DNA of 64,000 nt from Eledone cirrhosa (lineage: Eukaryota): positions 33,356,001 to 33,420,000 of the forward strand of contig OZ024748.1 of NCBI GenBank assembly GCA_964016885.1, written 5' to 3'. Positions within the stretch are counted from its first letter, which is position 1. Each line of letters starts with the position of its first letter. The position numbers were made by a program, and so were the translations under genes. Below the pieces are notes generated by a model, which saw nothing but the letters and a program-made list of their open reading frames with translations, did no database searches and was not told the origin of the DNA. Positions 41,623-56,119 of this stretch are shown piece after piece.

Positions 41623-42297
41623 TGTCCCTGTGTACATATATAGCAATAATTTGAGGGTTGTGTGATGGTGTTATAGTGTTGGTTCATTTGTTGTGTGATA
41701 TGGTCACTGTTGTGTGATAGTGTGACCACAGGTTGCATGAGTTCAGGTAAGTGAGTAAGTGTTCATTAAGATGATGATGATATGATAGTTCCTTGATCAT
41801 ACAGAAAATAAATATATATAAATGAACCACGATAACACAAAATCGCTGTATTATTAATTTATTGAAAATAGCTTATGCCGAAGATATATATGAAAAATAC
41901 ACAGGAATTATGTACATTATTTGTTTGTAAAAGTAGAGTTGAAGTCTTATTTATCAAGAAAACTTCATGAACTTCACTGGCTGGGTTGAGAGAGATTGGG
42001 TGAAAGAGAGAGAGTAAGAGTCACTGAGACCAAAGGCATCTGTGGAAAGCAATAGTTTACATGTTTACTCTATCAAGAAATGCTCCAAACTGCTTGACCT
42101 GATCTAAGGCAGGCTATTTACCTATGTCACGTCCTCTGTCTCCAAGGCTTGAAAACAAAGGGCTGACTTTTTGAGGTCGCCCAATCTCAGACCTGTTGAT
42201 GCCCAAAAGGAGATAACCCAGAAAATGACCGTTAAATGTGACCCAGGGGTGAAAGTGTGGACATATTTTGCTACACATATATATATGTGTATATACA

Positions 42298-42340
<43 letters not shown>

Positions 42341-42684
42341 ACGAAAGATGTAATGGGAAAGTGAGTAGTCTAACTGGAAGAGAGATTTTCACATGTAGAC
42401 GAGGCACAGCAGAAATTGAGAGGAAGAGTGCTACTGTTATAAACTGTTTCCAGTCACAGGAACGACAATAACACAAAATATTCATACATGAAATTACGTG
42501 GCTCAAAGAGCCACCAAATTATTGTATGAATATTGATTTTATCATTCAATATTCAAATTGAATATTGTTATAATAAAATAAACTTTGTAACAACACAATC
42601 CTGGTATTTTTCTTTACATCAAAACCACCATACCAACAGTTACATCCATCCACTTATCATTACAACCACACATAATATTCCATT

Positions 42685-43250
42685 ACAGATCTATAGATGT
42701 GGTTGATAGCCTCTGCTATCTAGGTGACCTAATCAGCAGCAGAGGAGGGTGTGCCAAGAGTAGAGTGGCATAATAAGGATAGGATGGAAGTTTAGTGAAC
42801 TACTGCTGATAACATAAGGTTTCTCGCTACACACAAAAGGAAGGGTATATGAAGCCTGTGTGCAATACTGCATGGTAGAGAAACATGGGCTGTAACTGAA
42901 AAGAACGTGATTAGACTGGAGAGAAATGACGCAACCATGTTTTGTTGGATGTGCAATATATATTTGAGAAAAAGGCAGAGCTTGGACGAGCTGAGGGAGA
43001 AGCTGGGTTTAAGGGGAATCTGAGATGGTGTACAGGAGTCACAACTGCAATACTATGGACATGTGATGCACATGGACAGTGTCTGAAGGGTGAAGAAATG
43101 CCAGGAAATCCTAGTGGAAGGAAGCCACAGTAGAGAACAACCAAGAAAGTCAGAGGCAAATGTTGTGAGAGCCGAAATCAAATCGCTAAAACTGGAAGAG
43201 ATGACGAAGGAACGCATCTAGTGGAGAGATGCCATGTTGAGAAGGATATG
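42685..43250 (+). mobile_element. Degenerate RTE (family A-like) 3' fragment
   Basis: VVDSLCYLGDLIS, LHGRETWAVTE, RLERNDATMFCWMCN. Confidence 0.75.
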
Positions 43251-44509
43251 TACAACTGTTGAGACAGGTCTTCATAAACCAGGGTGCAGTGGGAGACCAC
43301 ATCTCTCTTACATATGGTCCCATGTTTTACTGAGTGTATTTCATTGTGGCACCAATACTAAAGAGGTTGTCATGTCTTTGACAGAACTGAAGGGTCCTAC
43401 CAAACCTTTGTTTGGCAAGAGAAGAAAATTGTAAAGTATTTTCAAATGTGAATTATTACTAAAAAAAAGTCATAATTTGAACTGTCATGAAAGTACCATC
43501 CAACAAATATTAAAGTTATAAAATTGTTTTTATTTACACATAAATGTGGATATTTTGTCACAAATATAACTATAAACCAGTTAAGGTTTATAAAATATTA
43601 CATATAAACACATCAATCTTTTGTTTTATTTTTCTTGCCCTGATGGAGTCATAGGGGTGTCACTGTGGACATATGAAGCTTGGTGGAGCCCTTCACTCAC
43701 CAGGTTGGAACAGGTGATTTCTTCCAGAGAAGGAGGAAGAATGAGAGAGAGGAAGTGAGAAAGAAATATTGAGAGGAAGAACAGACTGGTACTTTTTTGT
43801 TATCACCCTTGAATGGATGAAAGGCAAAGTTGACCTCAGCAGGATTTAAACTCAGAGAGCAGAGAACCATAACAAATATGGTACAAAGCATTCCATCTAT
43901 TGTTTTATAGACTTTAAATAAATATTTCTACTTTTAAACGAACCCCAGCGATTGGAAGAGAAAGAGGAATGCCAATTAAATCTACCCCAGTGCATTACTG
44001 GTACTTTTTAAAACCCAGAACATAAAGGGCTGTAACTATATGACACAAAGAATGTTGTCTGACGCTCTACAGATTCTGCCAATCCACCACCCTCACCAAT
44101 AAAATAAGATTTTGTCTCTATAAGAAATCTTAATGACAAATAATATGAAGTGGAACTTTCTACAGGGTGTATTTGTGGATTACATACAAAACCTCTGAGA
44201 ATAATTTCCAACATATTTCACCATAATAAATGTTCATTAATATATATTATTTCGTGGCATTCTTGAGATCATTAATCCCCAGCTGAACATCCCTAAACAT
44301 CTGATCTATGTAGGTCATTTTGAGTCATCCCACGAGAGTCTTACTATGTTTAGGTATCCACCACAGGAGCCAGCTCATCAGGACATCCATTCTTCGGTAG
44401 GAATGTCTAGTATGTCTTGTCCTCCGCTCCCTAGTTATTGTGGTAATCTTCAATATATGGCAGTGTATTTCTTGTTTGATTGAGGAATATATATATATAG
44501 AGAGAGAGA

Positions 44510-45022
44510 TAGATGCATATGAAGGATGACAGCTGCATTAACAGGTGCAGCGCTCTAAAAGTCAATGTAAGCCATGGAGTGGGGGAGAACCAAGAAGACC
44601 TGGGATGAAGTGATAAAAGCTGACTTTGCCCAATTGCACCTCACAAACGCAATGACACAGGACCGTGTCCTCTGACGTCACGCAGTAATACAGAAGACCC
44701 GACTTCACATCGGTACAAGCTGAAGCATATAGACAATATGCCCCCATTTCCACCCACTGCAAAGTGGTTGTGAAGGTGTCACGATAAAAAAGCACCCAGC
44801 CCACATTGTAAAGTGGACGTGTATGTGCCATGGTAAAAAAAGCACCCAGCAATCACTGTAAATGAGGTTGGTGTTAGAAAGGGCATCCAACTGTAGAAAT
44901 CGAACCAAAATCAGTTCCCGTATGAACAAGACAAGGTCATCTGACCTGGCATTGCCCGCAACAGGACAACCTGTCTAACTTATGCTAGCATGGAAGAATG
45001 GACATAAAACGGTGATGATGAT
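44510..45022 (+). mobile_element. RTE 3' end and UTR with (GAT)n tail
   Basis: MKDDSCI..GEPRRPGMK; ggttggtgttagaaagggcatccaactgtagaaa; ggacataaaacggtgatgatg. Confidence 0.7.
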
Positions 45023-45089
45023 AAGTATAAGATAGAATTTTTCAAGCTTCACATTTTATATTCTTCCGTCCAGAGTGTGTCTGTATATT

Positions 45090-45935
45090 TGTGTGTTTCA
45101 CATTTCACAGTGATAGGGTTTATCACAAGTGTTGACTACGTAAGTGAACAACCAGTGAAGATCTCTGAGGTTAAGATTTCCCACATATTTCACATGAAAA
45201 GGGATTTTCTCCTGTGTGTGTTCTTTTGTGTTTTACAAAATTAGCAGCATGTGAAAAAGATTTCTCAGATATTTCACAATGAAAGGGTTTTTCTCCAGTG
45301 TGTGTTCTTTTGTGATCTTCAAGTTGGACCTTCTGAGTGAAAGATTTCCCACATATTTCTCACAAATAAGGTTTTTCACCAGTGTGTATTCTTTTGTGTT
45401 CTACAAGATGAGAACCATGAGAAAAAGATTTCTCACATCTTTCGCATGAATAAGGTTTTTCTCCTGTGTGTATTCTTTTGTGTTCTACAAGATGAGAACC
45501 ATGAGAAAAACATTTCCCACATATTTCATAGTGGTAGGGTTTTTCCCCAGTGTGTATTAATCTGTGTCTGGTTAAACTACTGCTACAGACAAATGATTTC
45601 CCACATATTTCACAGTCAAACGGTTTTTCTCCAGTGTGTCTGTGCATGTGGATGACAAGATGGGAATTATTTAGAAAATCTTTCCCACATATTCTGCAGT
45701 TAAATGATCTTTCTCTGTGTGCTGTTAAACTAGAATTACAGACAAAAGATTTCCCACATATTTCACAGTGGAAGGGTTTTTCTCCTGTGTGACTCTGCAT
45801 GTGAATGATAAGATTAGAATTAGCAGTGAAAGATTTCCACATATTTCACATGAATAAGGTTTTTCTCCACTGTGTGTTGTTCCATGTGTATCTTCTCGTG
45901 TGAGGACATTTTACATTTTGAAGAGAAAGTTTTGC
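45090..45935 (-). pseudogene. C2H2 ZNF pseudogene (about 9 fingers, frameshifted, 5' part deleted)
   Basis: ORF 45360-45842 with [16 protein letters not shown] repeats, plus flanking out-of-frame fingers; paralog of 32410-33170. Confidence 0.8.
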
Positions 45936-46086
45936 TGGAGCCGATATAAATGTTAATTTTTCACTGTCTAGTTGACACCGGTGACATGACCTACATAATT
46001 TAATACATTCAGAAACAATTTCCGTTATGTATGTTAGTAATTTATTCAGATTTGTATAAATAACACTTAATTTTATATTACTGTTC

Positions 46087-48496
46087 TTACTAGTTAGGCA
46101 GCGAGACAGGCAGATAGTGTCTAATACCAAGGCATACCCTGGGGAAGAATGTACCCCACAGTATAGGTTAGTCGTTAGTGATATCTCAGTAAGCAAGAGA
46201 TGGAATGAGACATACAGGAAGGTGTGGAGAAGAAAAGTCTTGAAGCTAAAAGACCTTTCACTAAAATACAAATTAGGAAAGCCCTTCAAGATGTGTATGA
46301 TGAAAAAGAAGACGATTTAGAGATGTATGACATAGATAATAACTGGAATTTCTTACGTGACAACTTACTGCAGGCTACTGATGAAACTTGTGGCTGGAAC
46401 AGAGCTCCAACGAGACAGAGAGTGACCTGGTAGTGGAACAGCGCAGTAGATAAGACCATTAGAGACAAAAGACTAGCATGGAAGACTTGGAAAAAGGGTG
46501 GGAGTAGGGAAGGATATACAGCCGCTAAGAGAGAGAAGCTAGACACCAGGTGTACTTAGCAAGCAGGGAGGCTGAGAGTAGGAGGTTTGCCAATGTTCTG
46601 CGACGGGAAGATCAGAGGCGTGCGGTGTTCCACATTGCAAGGCAGTGTGTCAATACAAATCAGGATGTTGTTGGAGATAAATGTGTCCGGAATGATGCCG
46701 GTGTACTTAGTGTCACGAATGATCAAAATAAGGAGGCCTGGAAATGTCATTATGCGAGACTGATGAATGTGGAGAATGAATGGGAGAAAGAGAAATTACC
46801 CTCAGTAGATCTGACAGAGGGACCAGCTATTGAGATTGACGAATATAGGGTCCAAGAGGCGATTAAGAAAATGAAAAATGGTAAGGCTGCTGGACCACCG
46901 GGGATAGTTGCTGAGAGGCTGAAGGCAACAGGGGATGTAGGCACTAAACTGGTTACATGCATTATCAATAAGGCTATATACTGGTGCAGTAGTATTCTCA
47001 TAAATTGCTACAAAGGTAAAGGGCATGCTCTGGAGAGGAGCAATTATAGGGGTATAACACTGAAGGATCAGGTTATGAAAGTGGCAGAAAGGATATTAGC
47101 ACAACTAATTAGAGAAAGGGTCAAACTAGATGAGATGCAATTTGGTTTTGTGGCTGGGAAAAGTACAACAGATGCCATCATCTTGGTGAGACAATTACAA
47201 GAGAGGTTCTTAGAGAAGAATAAAGCCACTATACTTAGCCTTTGTTGACCTAGAGAAGGCCTTTGATAGGGTACCCTGATCTCTCATCTGGTGGTCCCTA
47301 AGGAAACTAGGTGTTGAAGAATGGCTTGTGAGGACAGTGCAGACTTTGTATAGAGGTACTGTCAGAAAAGTCAGGGTAGGAATGGAGTTTAGTGAGGAAT
47401 TCCAGATACAAGTAGGAGTACATCAAGGTTCAGTCCTCAGCCTACTCTGGTTCATTATAGTCCTCCAAGCCATAACAGAGGAGTTTAAGACTGGCTGTCC
47501 ATGGGAACTTCTCTATGCTGACGATCTGGTTCTTATAGCAGAATCAGTAGTGAATAAATTCTGGCTATGGAAACAGCAGTTGGAAGCATGAGGACTGAGA
47601 GTGAATCTAGCTAAGACAAAAGTGTTGATGAGTAGAAAAGAGGACAAAACTCTGATTCCGTCAGGGAAATGGCCATGTTCGATATGCAGAAAAGGAACTG
47701 GCATAAATTCTATAAAATGCACACAATGCAGATCCTGGGTACACAAGAGATGTAGCGGGATAGCAGGAAAACTAACAGGTAGGGAGAAATATGTATGCAG
47801 TAGATGTACAGGGAAATTAGACAGTAGAAGTCGCATTGATAGACACATTTCGGGTACTATAGAAGTGGTGGATAGCTTCCGGTAGCTAGGAGATCAGATT
47901 AGCATGGGAGGGGGGTGTTCTGAGGCCATAGTATCTAGAATAAGGACGGGTTGGAAGAAGTTTAGGGACCTTCTTCCTCTACTGATGAAGAAGGGTTTCT
48001 CCCTGCGTAAGAAAGGCCGGTTATATGATGCCTGTGTGAGGAGCGCGATGCTGCATGGTAGTGAGACATGGGCAGCAACTGCAGAGGATATGTGACGGCT
48101 GGAGAGATATGAAGCAAGCATGCTCCATTGGATGTGCAATGTCAATGTGCGTGAACAACCCATCATGGATGTGTTGAGAGAGAAACTGTGTCTGAGAGGG
48201 ATAGAATGTAGTGTGCGAGAGAGGAGACTGAGGTGGTATGGACATGTGATGTGCATGGAGGATGACCGATGGGTGAAGAAGTGCCAGGAAATGCCAGTTG
48301 AAGGAAGACGTGGTAGAGGTAGAGCACGAAAAACATGGGCGGAAGTGGTGAGAACAGAGCTCAGATCGCTGAAGCTCACGGTGGAGATGACGAAGGACTG
48401 TGACAAGTGGAAAGATGCTGTGCTGAATAAGACCCATCCCACCCTTGCAAGCAGGGAAAAGCGGATGTAAAATGATGATGATGATGATGATGATGA
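46087..48496 (+). mobile_element. 5'-truncated RTE LINE (family A): APE end, RT with inserted PHD finger, (GAT)n tail
   Basis: PQYRLVV; CYKGKGHALERSNYRGI; MQFGFVAGKSTTDAI; VHQGSVLS; ELLYADDLVL; PCSIC..CTQC..WVHKRC..CSRC; short TSD TGTTC; several stops. Confidence 0.95.
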
Positions 48497-48924
48497 TGTT
48501 CATATCAAAACAAAACAAATTATTAAAGGTAATAAAACATTTAAAACATGGAAATGAAAAGAAGAATAACAAAAACATTAGAGACATGTGGAATGATGTG
48601 CCTTGCTTAAGGACACAATTGACCTCCCTTTGAAAACATTATATTACAATATGCTGTATGACTTCACTATAAAATATATATGTGTTTGTATACATATATA
48701 TAGTATATATTTGTGTGTATACATTGTCTCATTCCATGAGAGTAACTTGGTCCACCTATGAACTCCTCATCCGACCCTTCTATATGTAAATACATGTTTG
48801 TCACTGTGTGTGTACATATGTGTATAGAATATTGTTACAACTACTATATACCCCACATATACACTATATATAATATTGTCCAATATATATAGACTATATA
48901 TAATGTTGTCCTACTTGAGGCAAG

Positions 48925-51440
48925 ATTGATCGGGTGACCGTGTCTCGCTCATATAGGACTGTATCTGGCATGTTTTCTATGGCTGGATGCTCTTCCTAAC
49001 ACCAACCACATTTCCAGTGTGTACTGGGAGTCTTTTCGTCATGACACCTACACTACCTCTTTAGTTTGGACTGGATGTTGTGGTACCAATATAACTTTAC
49101 AGAGACAGGGTGGTGTTGGTGGGAGTTGTGGGTTGGGTGTATATTTGGTTAGGATAAGCCTACTGACTGTAGGTTAACTTTGCACATAGGGAAGGCGTTG
49201 CACCATAGATCTTGATCCAGTGACATTGTCTTAGAGAGGTAGATTTTATGTCGTGCCAGGTTTTTCTGGGTCTACCTACTCCGTAACTTCCATCAATTTT
49301 GATCGCCTGCACTTTTTTATAAAGCTGTCATCTTTCATGCGCATCACATGACCATACCAAAGTAATCTTCTCTCAAGTAAACAGCATCTGATCCCTCTTA
49401 TTCCTAATTTCTCACTTAGTTTGTTTATGTTTTGTCGTTCGAGTATATTACAATTACATGTTCAACGGAGCATGCATGCTTTGTTCCTTTCCAATCTGCG
49501 CAGGTCCTCTGCACACAATGCCCATGTCTCACTGCCATGGATCATTGCTGTTTGTATACAAGCATCATACAATCTGCCTTTTATTTTTATGGAGAAACCT
49601 TTTGTGTCCAGCAGCAGTATTAACTCTCTGAGCTATTTCCATCCCGTTCTAACTCTGCCTACTGTACTTTCAGAACACCTTCCATCACTGCTGACTTCAT
49701 CACCCAGGCAACGGAAAGTGCCCCCTATTTCTCTAAAACCATCTGGGCAGTAGAAACTAGTATTCTGTAGGCACTTGCTGTTTATTTCACATGAGCATTG
49801 GCCACATATAAAATCTACATTCTTTGATAGTTTACCTGTGATCCCACTACATCTTTTATGTACCCATAGTTTGCATTTGGGACATAGAATGGAATTTCTA
49901 CCTACTCCTTTCCTACACACTGAGCATGGCCATTTCTCAGAGGGCACCTGTGCCCTATTTTTCTTTCTACATCTAAAACTTTAGTCTTAGACAAGTTAAC
50001 TATAAGGCCTTTTGATTCTAGGCCATGCTTCTATATCTGGAATTTCTTTTCTAGTTCAGCCATAGATTCAGCTATGAGAGTTAGATCATCTGCATATAGA
50101 AGTTCCCATGGGCAGCCGGTCTTAAACTCCTCTGTTATAGCCTGAAGGGGCTATAAACAGGAGGGGACTAAGGACGGGGCCTTGATGAACACCTACTTTT
50201 GCACTAAATTCTTCACTATTTTCATTGTTAATTCTAACCTTGCTGATTGTTTCTTTATAAATGGCTCTATCAAGCCATTCAGCTACTCCTACATTTCTAA
50301 GGGCCCACCAGATAATGGAGCGGGGAACTCTGTTAAAGGCTTTCTCCAAGTCAACAAAAGCTAAGTAGATGGGTTTACTTTTAGCTAGGTACTTCTCCTG
50401 TAGTTGCTGTACAAGGAAAAGAGCATCTGTGGTATTTTTTACCTAGCACAAACCCAAACTGCATTTCATTTAGATCAATTCGGTCTCTGATTAGTTGTGC
50501 TATAACTCTTTCTGTGACCTTCATGATCTGGTCAACTAACTTAATGCCTGTATAGTTTCCTCTATCTAGAGCATCTCCTTTGCCCTTGTAGCAGTTAATG
50601 ATGCTGCTGCTATGCCAGTCATATGGTATGACCCCATTCTGTATTACTTGGTTTACTATCTGGGTGACCATAGTATGTCTCACCATTCCAGATGCTTTCA
50701 ACATCTCAACAACTATCTCCGAAGGCCTGGCCTATCGTCATATCCTTGATTGCCTTACTTATTATACAACCACTAACTTGCACCGCTGGTCCCTCTATTG
50801 GATCGATTTGGCTCAGACTATCTTTTTCCCATTTATTCTCCTCATTTAGTAGCCTCTCGTAGTGACACTTCCAAGCTACCTTCTTATCAGCATCAGTGAC
50901 GACAAGTATACCATCATCATTACATACACACTTCTCCCCGACAATATCACGGTTTTCCTGGACACTTTGTTTTGCGATCCTGAACACCTCACGTTTTTGC
51001 TCCTCATGTTGTAGAATATGCTTGAACTTTCTACCCTTTGCTTCCCTTCTTGCAAAGTACAATTGTCTCCTAGTCACCTAATAGTGTTCTCTACTTTCCC
51101 CATCCCACAATACTTTCCAAGCCTGCTTTTTGGCCCTGATTGTCTCTTCCAGCTTACTGCTCCATCTCCAAGTTACTCTCCTCCTGCCTATAGGTCTGCT
51201 CCAGCAACAGATTTCATCTGTCGCCTTCAGCAGGTTTAAGTTTCAAGAATTCCCACTGTTCCTCTATATTGTACGTCTCTAATTGCTTTTTGTTACTGTG
51301 AAAAGCATTAACTAATATGCTTTTAAATTTGTTACTGGCTGCAGGGTCCTTCAACTTCCATAATCTTCTCCTCAAAGTAGTTCTCATCTGTCGTTGAGTA
51401 TGTCTCGTCCTCACTATGAGGTCATTAACTATTAGGATAT
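48925..51440 (-). mobile_element. RTE LINE (family B) with PHD-containing RT and long 3' UTR, degenerate
   Basis: ORFs 50706-51077, 50381-50704, 50122-50349 and 49633-49947 form a frameshifted RTE ORF; very similar to 56120-58385. Confidence 0.95.
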
Positions 51441-53159
51441 GTCTGGCTGGATACGGACGGTTTAAATGAATGATTTAATAAATAACAGCTCTATTAAAAC
51501 ACTACTGTGTTGTTCTGAGATGATTTCAGTAGAATTTCAAATGGTAGAAGGACAAATATATTCTACATTTACTTTAATATAGATTTAAACAAAGATGGTA
51601 GACTGACAGAATTGGTAGAGTGTTAGATAACCTATCATTGCAGTGTTTGTCCTGGCTTTTAATATTCTGAGTTCAAATCCCACTGAGGTAAATTTTATAT
51701 TTTATTCTTCTAGGCTGGATAAAATATATTATATGTACTACGGTTGATTTAATAAAGTTTGCCCTTCCCCAAAATTGCTGGTCTTGAGCCTAATTTACAA
51801 ATCAATAGAGATTTAACAAGTTTGTTGCTTCATATTTCTCAAAATACTTTTATTTAGTGTGACTAGTGCAGTAAATTGGCAGTAATCGGTAGAGCGTCAG
51901 ACAACAAGCTTTGCATCATATAGTTATGTCCTCTTATGTTCTGAGTTCAAATCATGCTGAGGGTAGCTTTCCCTTTTATCCATACGGGGTTGATAAAATA
52001 AAGTACCAGTAATGCACTGAGGTTGATTTTATCAACTTTCCCCACCCCCAATATTATTGGGCCTGTGCCTACATCAAATACCATTATTTACTGTGTCTAA
52101 GAATACTCAGTAACCTATACTATCACTACCCCAATGATACCAGCCAAGACAGTGTCTCAAAATTCTCTCTGACCAGCAGAAACCCAGGTACCAGCTGCCT
52201 CATGCTCCTGGCTAAGGACAGAATGGAGAAAGGGTTAACCTGGAGGCTAGTGAGGGAGATGAGTTGAAGTAGCCATTGAAACCTCTGGGTTTTAAAAACA
52301 ACAAAGTCCAATAGAATTTTAAACATATAAAATACCAATGAAGTGTTTGTGTTTGATCTATTCTAACAACTTTCAAGATATCATTACATATGGTGTTCAT
52401 AACAGATATTTAAATGGAAAAATAACAAAAATATGGAATCACAGACTGGACAAATTCCTCAAATGTAACTCTTTAATTAACAAAAATAAATAGAATTTCA
52501 GGAGATAAATATCATTTATTTAATATATTATGAAAAAAATGATAAATGATTTACGCTAAAAAGAAGTATATAAAAACCAGGAAAAGACATATACACTCCT
52601 TCAATTAAATGTGTAAGGAATTGAACTAGGAACAGTAATTTGTAAATTTCTATTTCATCACAATAAAGCACAATAAACTGTAGAAATGTTGAACTGAAGA
52701 AATAAGTGTTTCTATTTTTGGCACAAGGCCAGCAATTATCCCAATGTATTACTGGTACTTTATTTTATCGACCCCGTAAGGATGAAAGGCAAAGTTAATC
52801 TTGGTGGGATTTGAACTCAGACCGTAAAGGGCCGTAACTCTTTGCTGCAAAACATGGCGTCCGACCCTCTGAAGAAATAATGAACTGTTGAACTGTAGAA
52901 TTGTAGAACTAAAGTGAGGATGTAACAACAACACTGAATGTAATTCCATGACAACAGAAATAATTGTGTACTTCTGGAGCTGTAAGACTGTATGTCAAAC
53001 CTGTTGAATAAAATTGTGTACCCCAGTTTAACTGAAGTATAATAGGCAAAAATATGAGCACACTTGAAACACATGATTGTGATATGATTGGCTGTCATTA
53101 AATAAAAAAAAATAAGACAGCACTTGTTAAATGACATACAATATGAGTTCAATATGTGA

Positions 53160-53620
53160 CAATGTTGGTGCTGCTTTCTAATATTTCTGAGATAATACAC
53201 TGACAGCATTAGTTCAGATGATAGAGGGTCCCTCAATTACACACCACAACAGGGAATGTTGGTGTTGACCTCTAACATATCTGAGATAAGACACAGCATT
53301 ACCTCAGATGATAGAGGGTCCCTTAATTACACATTACAACAGGGAATGTTGGTGTTGACCTCTAATATATCTGAGACAAGACACATCATTACTTCAGATG
53401 ATAGAGGGTCCCTCAATTACACATTACAACAGGGAATGTTGGTGTTGACCTCTAACATATCTGAGACAAGACACATCATTACCTCAGATGATAGAGGATC
53501 CCTCAATTATACATTACAACAGGGAATGTTGGTGTTGACCTCTAATATATATGAGACAAGACACATCATTACCTCAGATGATAGAGGGTCCCTCAATTAT
53601 ACATTACAACAGGGAATTTT
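53160..53620. repeat. 90-bp tandem repeat, about 5 copies
   Basis: cagggaatgttggtgttgacctctaa..acctcagatgatagagggtccctcaattacacattacaa; diverged copies at 11660-11940, 12470-12545 and 17360-17660. Confidence 0.9.
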
Positions 53621-54427
53621 AGCTATTGCAAACAAAGAAAAAGAGAAAAAGAATTTTGCAATTATATCATTAAAAATAAATTTAGGAAGACAAAAGTTAG
53701 ACATGCAAAGGATTTTGATTCCAGTTTAAAACATATTTAAGAAATGGAGTCTGTAGAAGTGTTATGGTTACATTTTTGATGTTGGTGGACAATAAGTTTA
53801 GACTGATAAAAGGAAGGGTATCTCAGGGTTCACAGTTACATAGTTTTATCACCAGTGTGTGTGTTTCTGTCTAAGTTACTGATAGTCACAAAATATTTCC
53901 CACATGTTTCACTGGGGGAGGTCCTTTTTCTGCAGTCTGACTATGTGGCCAACATGAGTAAAATTCTGAATAAAAGATTTCCAACATGTTTCACACTGGA
54001 AGTTTCTTTCCTCCAATCTGAATAAAAGATGTCCAACATGTTTCACACTTGAAGTTTCTTTCTTCCAGTCTGAATAAAAGATGTCCAACATGTTTCACAC
54101 TGGAAATTTCCTCCAGTATCGAATAAAATGAGAATTTCAAGTGAACCCATTACCACATATTTCACAGTGATGTTGTTTGTCTCCAGTGTGTTTGTTTGTG
54201 CTTATTTAAATCACTGCACCTGATGAAATATTTCTCACATATTTCACAATGGAAGTGTTTCTTCCATTTTGTAAACTACTGTTTTCAAGAAAACATTACC
54301 CACACATTTCACAGTGGCAGGCTTTTTCTCCAGTGATACTACGTATGTCTCCAACAAGATGAGAATTTCAAGTGATCAACATACCACATATTTCAGTGAT
54401 GTTGTTTCTTCCCAGTCTGTTTATTTA

Positions 54428-55062
54428 TCATCATCAACGTTTAACGTCCGTGTTCCACACTTGCATGGGTTTGGACGGGGGTATTCCCACTTGAGGCAAG
54501 AGTGATTGTCTTGCTCGCATAGGACTGTCTGGCAGGTTTTCTACAGTTGGATGCCCTTCCTAACACCAACCACATTTACAGTGTGGGACTGGGAGGTTTT
54601 TACTGTATTATCTACACGGCCACATTACAGCGTGGACTGTGTGTTTTTTTGTCGTGACACCTACACGATCTCATTTGTTTCGGCCTGGATGTTGTGGCAC
54701 CAACATAACTTTACATAGGAGGGGGTGGTGTGGATGGGGTGTGATTGGTGGGACGGGGGTGTATTTTGTTAGAGATGCCTACTGGCTGTAGTAGGTTTTA
54801 GTATGTATTTAGGTAAGGCGGGTCTTCTCTATTACTGAGTACCGCCAAAGGTCTCGGTCCAGTGACATTGTCTTGGAGAGGTGTAAGTGTGTGAGGTCGG
54901 AGTTTATCAGCTCGTCCCAGGATTTTCTAGGTCTGCCTATTCCGTGGCTACCGTCTATCTTTATTGCCTTGCACTTTGTTATACAGCTATCGACTTTCAT
55001 GCGCATCACGTGTCCGTACCAACGTAGCCTTCTCTCGAGTAAACAACATCTGATCCCTCTTA
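54428..55062 (-). mobile_element. 5'-truncated RTE (family B)
   Basis: [23 protein letters not shown] plus 3' UTR; 10-bp TSD TGTTTATTTA (54418-54427 and 55063-55072). Confidence 0.9.
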
Positions 55063-55562
55063 TGTTTATTTAAATCCCTGCAACTCATACTTTTCACAAC
55101 AGAAGTGTTTTTCTCCATTGTCACTATGTATATTGTCAAGATTAGATTTACTAATGAAAGACTTACTATATAGTCACATTGATTCTCTCCAATGTGTGTA
55201 CTTTTGTGAACAATTAAATGAGAGCTACAGCCAAAACATTTCCTACATATTTTACAATGGAAAGGTTTTTCTCCAGTGTGTTCTTTTATGTACTGTTAAA
55301 TCACTGCTTTTAATAAAAGATTTATCACATATTTCACAATGATAGAAATTTTTCCCCAGTGTGACAACATATATGGCTGTAATTCTGAGTGAAAGATTGC
55401 CCACATATTTCACAGTGATAGGGTTTGTCTTTAATATGTATGTATTTGTGTGTAGATACTTCATCTTCTGATGAGAATGTTTTACTACAAATCTCACAGC
55501 TATATTCAGGAATATTTCTATCTAATAATTCTTGTTCAGTACATTTCATTGCAGAAGGGTTA

Positions 55563-55703
<141 letters not shown>

Positions 55704-56119
55704 TCACATATTTCACAATGCCAGGGTTTCTCTCCAGTGTGTGTTCTTATGTGTATAGTTAAATCACACCTCACAACAAAAGTTTTCCCACATATTTCAC
55801 AATGGAAGGGTTTCTCTCCAGTGTGGCTACGTATATGATTATTAAGAATAGATTTCTCAGTGAAAAATTGACCACATATTTCACAGTGGAAAAGTTTTTC
55901 TCCAGTGTGTTCTTTTGTGTCTACATAAATCACGATTACAGACAAAAGATTTCCCACATGTCTCACAGTGTTTGTGTTTGTGTGTAAATAAATCATCTTC
56001 TGATGAGAAAGTCTTCCTACAAATCTCACGGCTATATTTAGGAATATTTCTGTATAATGATCCTTGTTCAATACATGTTTCACTTGGTAAAGGTTTCTCA
56101 TCACTGTATATCTGTGTAA

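Noticed and set aside
41790-42275. Solo LTR ending in ttgctaca
   Set aside because: One plausible terminus only; no matching other end or TSD could be identified.
46087-48496. Active autonomous LINE
   Set aside because: 5'-truncated with several stops and frameshifts; no intact transposon ORF was seen anywhere in the window.
53256-53729. 157-aa repetitive protein
   Set aside because: Translation of a 90-bp tandem repeat; paralogous copies have stops and indels.
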